Program-made: the position numbers and the translations under genes
Assembly: GCF_000014785.1 (NCBI RefSeq)
Contig: NC_008340.1
Location: 510,001-542,000, forward strand
DNA: 32,000 nt
DNA from: Alkalilimnicola ehrlichii MLHE-1
GTDB lineage: Bacteria > Pseudomonadota > Gammaproteobacteria > Nitrococcales > Halorhodospiraceae
Reading direction: 5' to 3'
Part shown: positions 24,659 to 31,598 of the stretch, piece after piece
Layout: every line of letters begins with the position of its first letter
How positions within the stretch are numbered: the first letter of the stretch is position 1
The notes under the pieces: generated by a model
Seen by the model: the letters and a program-made list of their open reading frames with translations, nothing else
Database searches by the model: none
What the model was told of the DNA's origin: nothing

Positions 24659-25825
24659 ATGGCGAAAGGCAGGACCTGGCGGGTGGCAGTGTGTCCCGGC
24701 GATGGCATCGGGCCGGAGGTGATGGCGCCCACGGTCGCCGCGCTGCGGGCGGTGGCCGGACGCGAGGGGCTGGCGCTGGAGCTCCAGCACTACGACTGGC
24801 CGTCCCACGACTGGCACCGTCGGCACGGCGAGATGATGCCCGGGGACTGGCGCGAGCAGTTGGCCGCTCACGACGCCATCCTGCTCGGCGCCCTGGGCGA
24901 CCCCGGGCCGACCAATGATCCTGATCGCTACCTGCTCTCAGATGGTGTGTCGCTGGCGCCGCTGCTGCAATTGCGCAAGGGGTTCGACCTGTGGGCCTGC
25001 GAGCGGCCGGCGGTCCGGCTGCCCGGTACGCCTCAGTACCTGGCCGACCCCCGCGCCGAGGAACTGGACATGCTGGTGATCCGCGAGAACAGCGAGGGCG
25101 AGTATGTGGCCCAGGGCGGGCGCCTGGCGCCGGGCACGGCGCGCGAGGTGGCCACTCAGGTGGAGGTGTTCACCCGCCTGGCCACCGAGCGGATCATCCG
25201 CCACGCCTTCGAGCGCGCCCTACAGCGGGCCCACCTGCGCCAGACCGGCGAGCGCCCACCGCGCCCTTTTCCGCGGACCGGCGGTGGCGAGGCCAACGCC
25301 CAGGTCTGCCTGATCACCAAGCGAAACGCCCAGGCCTACTGGGGCGAGATGTGGACGGAGATCTTCGCCGAGGTGGCGCCCGACTACCCCGAGATCGCCA
25401 CCCACCATGAACTGGTGGACGCCGCCTGCATGAAGTTCGTGACCCGTCCCTGGGTGTTCGACGTGGTGGTGGCCAGCAATCTCCATGGCGACATCCTCAC
25501 TGACCTGGCCGCGGTGCTCTGCGGCGGTATGGGGGTTGCCCCCTCCTGTAACATCAACCCGCAGGATCGCCGTGTGCCACCCCTGTTCGAGCCCACCCAC
25601 GGCAGCGCCCCGGACATCGCCGGGCAAGGACTGGCCGGGCCTGAGGCCATGCTGCTGACCGCAGCGATGATGCTGGACTGGATGGGCGAGGAGGACCCGG
25701 CCGCGGCCCGCGCCGGTGAACGCCTGCGCCTGGCGGTAGCCGCCGACCTGCAGACCGGTAGCGGCGAGGCGCGGGGCACCGAGGCAGTGGGGGCGGCCAT
25801 CCTGGACCGTCTGGATCAGCAGTGA
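24659..25825 (+). CDS. Isocitrate/isopropylmalate dehydrogenase-family oxidative decarboxylase, closest in layout to tartrate / D-malate dehydrogenase (TtuC/DmlA-like)
   Basis: 388 aa. GGAGGAG SD 6 nt upstream. Contains PGDGIGPEV, HGEMMPGDWREQL, VIRENSEGEY, VVASNLHGDILTDL and FEPTHGSAPDIAG. Colinear with E. coli DmlA as I recall it, apart from one insertion. Confidence 0.8.
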   Translation: MAKGRTWRVAVCPGDGIGPEVMAPTVAALRAVAGREGLALELQHYDWPSHDWHRRHGEMMPGDWREQLAAHDAILLGALGDPGPTNDPDRYLLSDGVSLAPLLQLRKGFDLWACERPAVRLPGTPQYLADPRAEELDMLVIRENSEGEYVAQGGRLAPGTAREVATQVEVFTRLATERIIRHAFERALQRAHLRQTGERPPRPFPRTGGGEANAQVCLITKRNAQAYWGEMWTEIFAEVAPDYPEIATHHELVDAACMKFVTRPWVFDVVVASNLHGDILTDLAAVLCGGMGVAPSCNINPQDRRVPPLFEPTHGSAPDIAGQGLAGPEAMLLTAAMMLDWMGEEDPAAARAGERLRLAVAADLQTGSGEARGTEAVGAAILDRLDQQ

Positions 25826-25849
25826 ACGCGGTACGCAAGGAGCGAACCC

Positions 25850-27241
25850 ATGCAGATTGAATTCTTCGGCGCCGCCCGTCAGGTCACCGGCTCCTGCTTT
25901 CTGATCCATTGCGGCAAGAGCCGGGTGCTGGTGGACTGCGGGCTGATCCAGGGCGGCCGCAAACAGGAGGAGCGCAACCGCGAGCCCTTCCCCTTCGATC
26001 CCACCCGTCTCGACGCCATGGTCCTCACCCACGCCCACCTGGACCACTCCGGACGCATCCCGCAACTGGTTGAGGCCGGCTTCCAGGGGCGCATCTACAC
26101 CCAGCGCGCGACCCGCGACCTCTGCCGCATTATGCTCAAGGACGCCGGCTTTCTGGCCGAGAAGGACGCGGAGATCGAAAACCGCAAGCGCCAGCGCCAG
26201 CACCTGCCCCCCGACGTCAAACCCACCTACACGGTCGAGCAGGCCGAGGCCTCCATCCGCAGCTTCCGGGCGGTGGACTACGATCAGGTGATCGACGTGG
26301 CCGACGGCGTCCGGCTCCGCCTGCAGGAGGCCGGCCACATCCTCGGCTCCGCCGTGGCCGAGCTCTGGCTGGAGCAGGGCGGCAAGCGCCGAAAGGTGGC
26401 GTTCAGTGGCGACCTGGGCCACTCCGATGCCCCCATCCTCTGCAACCCGGCGCGTATCGAGGACGCCGATCTGGTCATCCTCGAGAGCACCTATGGCGAT
26501 CGCCTGCACCGCTCCTGGGACGAGACCTGGAACGAGCTCGGCGAGATCATCGCCAACGCCCGCGCCGAGCGGGGCAACATCCTGGTGCCGGCCTTTGCCG
26601 TCGGCCGCACCCAGGAGCTGCTGTACGTGCTGGGGCGCAACTACGACGACTGGGGGCTGGATGACTGGCAGATCTTTCTGGATAGTCCCATGGCCATCGA
26701 GGCCACCGAGGTCTACGCCAAGCATCGCAACCTCTACGACCAGGAGGCCCGGGAGCAGCTTCCGGAGCGAAAGAACCCCTTCGACCTGCCCAACCTCACC
26801 CTCAGCCGGACCACCGAGGACTCCATGGCCATCAACCGGATCCAATCCGGCGCCCTGGTCATCGCCGGCAGCGGCATGTGCAATGGCGGCCGCATCCGCC
26901 ACCACTTCAAACACAACCTCTGGCGCTCGTCCTGTCACGTCATAATTGTCGGCTTCCAGGCCGCCGGCACCCCCGGACGGGCGCTGGTGGATGGCGCCAG
27001 CACCCTGACGCTCTGGGGCGAGACGGTGCGCGTGGGCGCACAGATCCACACCGTGGGCGGGTTGTCCGCCCACGCCGACCAGCGTGAGCTGATGGCTTGG
27101 TACGAGGGGTTTCGTGATCATCCGCCCATCGCCCTGGTGCACGGGGAAAGCGGGGCCATGGATACCCTGGCCGATGAGCTCCACCGGCGCTATAACGTCA
27201 GTGTGCGCACGCCCGAGGAGGGCGAGTCCATCACCCTGTAG
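25850..27241 (+). CDS. MBL-fold metallo-hydrolase of the beta-CASP (RNA-metabolising, CPSF/RNase J-like) family
   Basis: 463 aa. AAGGAG SD. Starts MQIEFFGAARQVTGSC, has the HxHxDH motif (THAHLDHSG), and late conserved His and Asp residues (ESTYGDR, GGLSAHAD). Confidence 0.85.
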   Translation: MQIEFFGAARQVTGSCFLIHCGKSRVLVDCGLIQGGRKQEERNREPFPFDPTRLDAMVLTHAHLDHSGRIPQLVEAGFQGRIYTQRATRDLCRIMLKDAGFLAEKDAEIENRKRQRQHLPPDVKPTYTVEQAEASIRSFRAVDYDQVIDVADGVRLRLQEAGHILGSAVAELWLEQGGKRRKVAFSGDLGHSDAPILCNPARIEDADLVILESTYGDRLHRSWDETWNELGEIIANARAERGNILVPAFAVGRTQELLYVLGRNYDDWGLDDWQIFLDSPMAIEATEVYAKHRNLYDQEAREQLPERKNPFDLPNLTLSRTTEDSMAINRIQSGALVIAGSGMCNGGRIRHHFKHNLWRSSCHVIIVGFQAAGTPGRALVDGASTLTLWGETVRVGAQIHTVGGLSAHADQRELMAWYEGFRDHPPIALVHGESGAMDTLADELHRRYNVSVRTPEEGESITL

Positions 27242-27340
27242 CGGGCAAAAATCTCAGTGCCTAGGGCGGTTTGGCGCCCTGACAAAGCGGGGTGTAGACT
27301 GCCAGAGAGGCCAACCGAGCAATCCAGAAAGGAGGCGACC

Positions 27341-28624
27341 ATGAGCGCAGCCCAGGAAACCACCGACCGGCAGGGCATGCTGTCCCCCCTGCTCAAGCAG
27401 TCCAGTGGGGTGGTCGCCGAACGGGGCGAGGGGGCCTATCTGTTTGATCGTGACGGCACCCGCTATCTCGATTTCACTTCCGGCATCGGCGTCACCGCCA
27501 CCGGCCACGCGCACCCCAAGGTGGTGGCGGCGATCAAGGCCCAGGCGGACAAGCTCCTGCACGGCCAGTACGCCATCGTGCGCCACCCCGGCATTATGGA
27601 ACTGGCCGAGCGGCTGGGCGCCTACATGCCCGGTCCCATTGATGCGCTGTTCTTCTCCAACGCCGGCACCGAGGCCTGCGAGGCGGCGCTGCGCCTGGCG
27701 CGGCACGCCACTGGCCGGCCCAATATCATCGTCTTCCACGGTGGGTTCCATGGCCGCACCATGGGCTCGCTGTCCATGACCACCTCCAGTGTCGGCCTGC
27801 GGGCCGGCCTTCAGCCCATGATGGGCGGCGTGGTGGTAGCCCCCTTCCCCAACACCTACCGCTATGGCTGGGACGAGGAGGCCGCCACCGACTTCTGCCT
27901 GCGGGAACTGGACTACATTTTCGCCACCTACAGCACCCCGGCGGAGACGGCTGGCGTGTTCATCGAGCCGGTGCAGGGCGAATCGGGCTACGTGCCCGCC
28001 AACACCCGCTTCATGCAGGGCCTGCGCGAGCGCTGTGACCAGCACGACATGCTCATGATCCTCGACGAGGTGCAGGCCGGCTATGGCCGCACCGGCCGCT
28101 TCTGGGCCCACAGCCACTTCGAGGTGCAGCCCGATGTGGTGGTGACCGCCAAGGGCCTGGCCAGCGGCATGCCCCTGTCCGGCGTCGGTGCCCCCTCCGA
28201 GCTGATGGAGCGGGGCTGGGCGGGCTCCCAGGGCGGCACCTACGGCGGTAACGCCGTCGCCTGTGCCGCGGCGCTGGCCACCCTCGATGTCATTGAGGAA
28301 GAGGGCTTGGTGCACAATGCCGCCGAGCAGGGCGCTTACCTCAAGCAGCGGCTGAAGGAGGTCCAGGCGGAGTTTCCCGAGGTGGCCGACGTGCGCGGCA
28401 TGGGGTTGATGATCGGCACTGAGATGGTGGACGCCGAAGGGCGCCCCGACGGTGACCGGGCCGCGCGTATCCTTAAGGCCATGGAGAAGCGCAAGGTATT
28501 GATGATCCGCTGCGGGGCCTTCGGCGGGCAGGTGGTCCGCTGGCTGCCGCCGCTGATCGTCAGCCGCCAGCAGGTCGACACCGCAGTCGACACCTTCATA
28601 GAGGCCCTGCGGGAAACCGCCTGA
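27341..28624 (+). CDS. Class III PLP-dependent aminotransferase (GabT-like 4-aminobutyrate/omega-amino acid transaminase)
   Basis: ATG 27341 after AAAGGAGG. 427 aa. Contains DFTSGIGVTATGHAHPKVV, FHGGFHGRT, IEPVQGESGY, LDEVQAGYGRTG, VTAKGLASG (Schiff-base Lys) and GGTYGGN. Colinear with E. coli GabT from memory. Confidence 0.9.
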   Translation: MSAAQETTDRQGMLSPLLKQSSGVVAERGEGAYLFDRDGTRYLDFTSGIGVTATGHAHPKVVAAIKAQADKLLHGQYAIVRHPGIMELAERLGAYMPGPIDALFFSNAGTEACEAALRLARHATGRPNIIVFHGGFHGRTMGSLSMTTSSVGLRAGLQPMMGGVVVAPFPNTYRYGWDEEAATDFCLRELDYIFATYSTPAETAGVFIEPVQGESGYVPANTRFMQGLRERCDQHDMLMILDEVQAGYGRTGRFWAHSHFEVQPDVVVTAKGLASGMPLSGVGAPSELMERGWAGSQGGTYGGNAVACAAALATLDVIEEEGLVHNAAEQGAYLKQRLKEVQAEFPEVADVRGMGLMIGTEMVDAEGRPDGDRAARILKAMEKRKVLMIRCGAFGGQVVRWLPPLIVSRQQVDTAVDTFIEALRETA

Positions 28625-28742
28625 CGGCACACCGCCGCCGGCACGGCCGGTGGCGCTTCACTTGCGGGCGGTCCCACGAACGGTTACAACTTGGGGTCAA
28701 GGGGCCGCACAAGGTTCGCACCCAGCGACGAGCAATAGAATC

Positions 28743-29441
28743 ATGGACGTATCTTCTATAAAAAGCGCCTACAAGCGCTATGCACGCCATTACGACCGCT
28801 TCTTCGGGCCCATTTTCAACCCCGGGCGCAAGCTAGCCGTAGAGATCGCCAACCCCAGCCCGGAGCAGCGCATTCTGGAGGTGGGGGTGGGCACCGGGCT
28901 GTCGCTGCCCTACTACCGGCAGGATGCGCGCGTAGTCGGCATCGATATCAGCACCGACATGCTGGATATTGCCCGCCAGCGGGTGGCCGAGGAGGAGCTC
29001 GGCCAAGTGGAAGACCTCCTTGAGATGGACGCCGAAGACCTCAAGTTCGAGGACGACAGCTTCGACTGCGTGGTGGCCATGTACGTGGCGTCGGTGGTCC
29101 CCAACCCGGACCGCCTCATCGCCGAGATGCGCCGTGTCTGCCGGCCCGGCGGGGATATCCTGGTGATTAACCATTTCGCCTCGCGCAACCCTCTACTGCG
29201 CGGTCTGGAGCGCGGCCTGCGCCCCCTCTCCCGGCTGCTTGGGTTCCGGCCCGACATGGACCTGGACGTACTGCCGGACACGCCGGACTTCCCGCAGTTG
29301 GCGGTGCGACCGACCAACCTGGGAGGCTACTGGAAGCTGGTGCATTACCGTAACGGCGACCCCGACGACAGCGAGCAGCCCCGGGCGGAGACCGCCGAAG
29401 CCGCCGAGCCGGCGGAGCCCGCCCAGGCCGCCGCCCGCTGA
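28743..29441 (+). CDS. Class I SAM-dependent methyltransferase, resembling Rhodobacter-type phospholipid N-methyltransferase (PmtA)
   Basis: ATG 28743, 232 aa. SAM motif I is ILEVGVGTGLSL. Also has VVGIDIS, the acidic-loop MDAEDLKFEDDSFDCVV and RVCRPGGDILV. The overall pattern resembles R. sphaeroides PmtA as I recall it. The substrate assignment is inference. Confidence 0.6.
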   Translation: MDVSSIKSAYKRYARHYDRFFGPIFNPGRKLAVEIANPSPEQRILEVGVGTGLSLPYYRQDARVVGIDISTDMLDIARQRVAEEELGQVEDLLEMDAEDLKFEDDSFDCVVAMYVASVVPNPDRLIAEMRRVCRPGGDILVINHFASRNPLLRGLERGLRPLSRLLGFRPDMDLDVLPDTPDFPQLAVRPTNLGGYWKLVHYRNGDPDDSEQPRAETAEAAEPAEPAQAAAR

Positions 29442-29476
29442 CCCGGGGAGCCCTGGTGTTCGCCGGGGCACTCGGG

Positions 29477-29482
29477 TACAAT
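29477..29482 (+). promoter_or_regulatory. Possible -10 element for the tRNA-Thr gene
   Basis: TACAAT at 29477-29482, 20 nt before the tRNA 5' end, followed by a GC-rich discriminator (CCCGGC). The -35 region is poor (TGGTGT). Confidence 0.3.
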
Positions 29483-29502
29483 CCCGGCTCCTTCCGGACA
29501 GT

Positions 29503-29578
<76 letters not shown>

Positions 29579-29835
29579 TTCAATTCAAGGGCTTAGTCAT
29601 CCTGCCCTAACCGACCTACCACCCTGGTGACAGGGTAGTTACAGTTGACCTTCCCTCCTTGCTCAAATCGAAGCAGGGGACAGGCCACGAACGTTGTCAC
29701 CTACCAGGCGCCGGACGTTGCCAGCACTGCCCTCACCGAAGACCAGGCCGCCAACCTCCAGCGCTGGGGCGTCTGGCCGCCGCATAGACGAGTGTTCGCT
29801 GAGCCTAAAGGCGTGCCGTACCACTTGGTGCTAGA

Positions 29836-30312
29836 ATGAGTATCACATGGCACCTGTGCAGGGCAAACGAGATGATCCATGGTAACGAGATCCACAAGAT
29901 GGCCAATGTGCTCGGCCTCGAAGAGGTCCACGGCGGTTATACAATGCTGATGTTCAGCGCGAGGATCGCCAGCGGGCTGCCACTTCGCTCGATCGAGCGC
30001 GTCCACAAGATCGTCGCACCGCGCTACAGGGAGTTCTCCACGCTGATCATTACGAAGCAGACCCTGGGCCGGCGCCGCAAGAAGCGGGAGCCGCTGAGTC
30101 GGACGGAGAGCGAGCGCCTGGCGCGGATTGCGCGGGTATGGTCGATGGCAAAAGACGTTTACAAGGATGAGGACCTGGCCCGAGCTTTTCTGAGCCGGCC
30201 GCACCAGATGCTCCAGGGGCGAGTCCCGCTGGAGGTGGCCACCGAGACCGAGTACGGCGCTGACGCCGTGGTGGAGATTCTCGGCCGGTTGAAGTACGGG
30301 TCAGCGGCGTAA
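29836..30312 (+). CDS. Xre/MbcA/ParS-family antitoxin (Xre-like HTH N-domain plus DUF2384 toxin-binding C-domain)
   Basis: C-terminal segment LSRTESERLARIARVWSMAKDVYKDEDLARAFLSRPHQMLQGRVPLEVATETEYGADAVVEILGRLKYG fits the DUF2384 pattern. Its stop overlaps the RES gene start by 1 nt. The start is uncertain: ATG 29836, 29872 or 29899 (MANVLGLEE). Confidence 0.85.
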   Translation: MSITWHLCRANEMIHGNEIHKMANVLGLEEVHGGYTMLMFSARIASGLPLRSIERVHKIVAPRYREFSTLIITKQTLGRRRKKREPLSRTESERLARIARVWSMAKDVYKDEDLARAFLSRPHQMLQGRVPLEVATETEYGADAVVEILGRLKYGSAA

Positions 30313-30794
30313 TGGCACAGCGTCTCGACCGGACGCTGACGGCCTATCGAATCGGGGATCCCACGGGGGAGTTCCCGATCTTTGATGCCACCGGATCGAC
30401 CCGCCATCCTGGTCGCTGGAATGACGCGGAAACCCCCGTGATATATGCGGGTGAGCACTACTCGACAGCGATGCTGGAGAAGCTTGCTCACGCCGACGGC
30501 CTTATGCCCCCAGACCAGCACTTCATCCAGATCACGCTTCCCCGGGGGCTGAGTTACGAGATGGTGACCAAGGATCACCTCCCCGATTGGGCGGCGCCAG
30601 ACTGCGTAGCCGCGCGAGAGTATGGGGTCAGGTGGGTCGCGGAGCAACGTTCCGTGGTGCTCTTCGTACCGTCGTTCGTTGCACGGGTCGAGCATAACGT
30701 GCTCATCAACCCGGAGCACCGCGAGTTCGGCAAAATCGAAACCTCGATCCCGCATCCGGTCTGGTGGGATCGACGTCTTTTCGGCACGGACTGA
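30312..30794 (+). CDS. RES-domain toxin (NAD+-targeting RES family)
   Basis: 160 aa. R-E-S signature in context: HPGRWN, YSTAMLEKLAH, LFVPSFV, NVLINPEH. Canonical antitoxin-then-toxin order with a TAATG overlap. Confidence 0.88.
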   Translation: MAQRLDRTLTAYRIGDPTGEFPIFDATGSTRHPGRWNDAETPVIYAGEHYSTAMLEKLAHADGLMPPDQHFIQITLPRGLSYEMVTKDHLPDWAAPDCVAAREYGVRWVAEQRSVVLFVPSFVARVEHNVLINPEHREFGKIETSIPHPVWWDRRLFGTD

Positions 30795-30964
30795 CGGGGA
30801 ATCCCGACGGGGTTTCATGCCACCGCGCTCGGTACGCCGGCGTGACTGGCTTTGGTGTCGGGGGCGGACAGCAGCGTAGTGAACTCGGACAAGAACACGG
30901 TCACTGTCCCCCGCCCGGCGATACTGTCGGGCCGGACCTCCGTTTGAAGGCTCAACGCACGCGT

Positions 30965-30995
30965 TTGCCATCCGCCACCCAGTTGGATATATACT
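30965..30995 (+). promoter_or_regulatory. Candidate sigma70 promoter for the His/Cys-rich protein and efflux genes
   Basis: TTGCCA (30965-30970), 17 nt, TATATA (30988-30993). TATACT (30990-30995) is an alternative at 19-nt spacing. It is the most AT-rich patch of the intergenic region. Confidence 0.4.
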
Positions 30996-31040
30996 GACAA
31001 CAAGTCTAAAGAACTCTACCCCTTGGAGACGCCCGCTACC

Positions 31041-31460
31041 GTGAGACCCTTGCTTAGAGGGGTAATGTGCTGGTTGATAGTGCTTGCAGTGATCGGCATG
31101 CCCGCCGTTGCTGCCGGCAATGCCAGTTTGTCGTCCGTCTCCGAGCCGGCAAGCCAAACGGCCGCTCACTCCGAATGCGGCCAGCATCACCACGATCGCC
31201 ATGAGACGTGTCCTGCCGATGCCTCTCTGTCCGAGGGCGGGGGGCAGGGTCACCCCGTGCAACACACTGCCCATGAACACCACGCGGACTGCGTGGATGT
31301 GGGGTGTGTAGCGAATTGCGCCACCTGTATGTATTGCCAGGGTGCTGTCACGCTACCGGTTGTCACTGAGGTGTCACTGGCCACGCCGTCCGTCCTGGCT
31401 GCCCCGTCCGTTGCCAGCCTCGGACGCACGACCCCCTTCCGTCCCCCAATTCGCTCCTGA
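31041..31460 (+). CDS. Secreted His/Cys-rich small metal-binding protein, CopL-like
   Basis: Signal-peptide-like N-terminus (RPLLRGVMCWLIVLAVIGMPAVAAG). The mature part holds HSECGQHHHDRHETC, HPVQHTAHEHHADCVDVGCVANCATCMYCQG and a C-terminal PFRPPIRS. It lies just upstream of an efflux outer-membrane factor. Start options are TTG 31023, GTG 31041 and ATG 31065. Confidence 0.6.
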   Translation: MRPLLRGVMCWLIVLAVIGMPAVAAGNASLSSVSEPASQTAAHSECGQHHHDRHETCPADASLSEGGGQGHPVQHTAHEHHADCVDVGCVANCATCMYCQGAVTLPVVTEVSLATPSVLAAPSVASLGRTTPFRPPIRS

Positions 31461-31598
31461 TCCTCAAAGCGCCGGGTTGCCGGCGATTCATCCTCGTGTC
31501 CCGTTGCCGCCTGCCAAGGGGTGCGGCTTTGCCGTCGCACCGCGGTCAGACGCCCCTCGGACACGCACGACCACCCTATTGGATCAAGGGATTTGGGT

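Noticed and set aside
25220-28630. 654-aa (25220-27184) and 458-aa (27254-28630) minus-strand ORFs
   Set aside because: They are antisense to the well-supported beta-CASP hydrolase and class III aminotransferase genes. Their Gly/Ala/Arg/His-rich composition is typical of high-GC shadow frames, and they carry no motifs.
30854-30919. Possible long inverted repeat GTCGGGGGCGGACAG ... CTGTCCCCCGCCCGGC in the RES-to-copL-like spacer
   Set aside because: Only the outer 6 bp pair cleanly. The G/C runs are out of register, which makes this a weak imperfect structure with a 33-nt loop. I did not consider it a reliable terminator or operator.
30965-30995. MerR/CueR-type metal-responsive promoter (19-nt spacer TTGCCA...TATACT with an operator dyad)
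   Set aside because: The 19-nt spacing alternative exists, but the spacer holds only a 4-bp dyad (ATCC/GGAT). No MerR-family gene is in the window. The 17-nt TATATA reading is the simpler explanation.
30159-31283. 374-aa minus-strand ORF covering the RES toxin gene, the intergenic promoter region and part of the His/Cys-rich ORF
   Set aside because: It overlaps two plus-strand genes that have clear family signatures. Its sequence is Arg-rich and motif-free, and it has no sensible start context.
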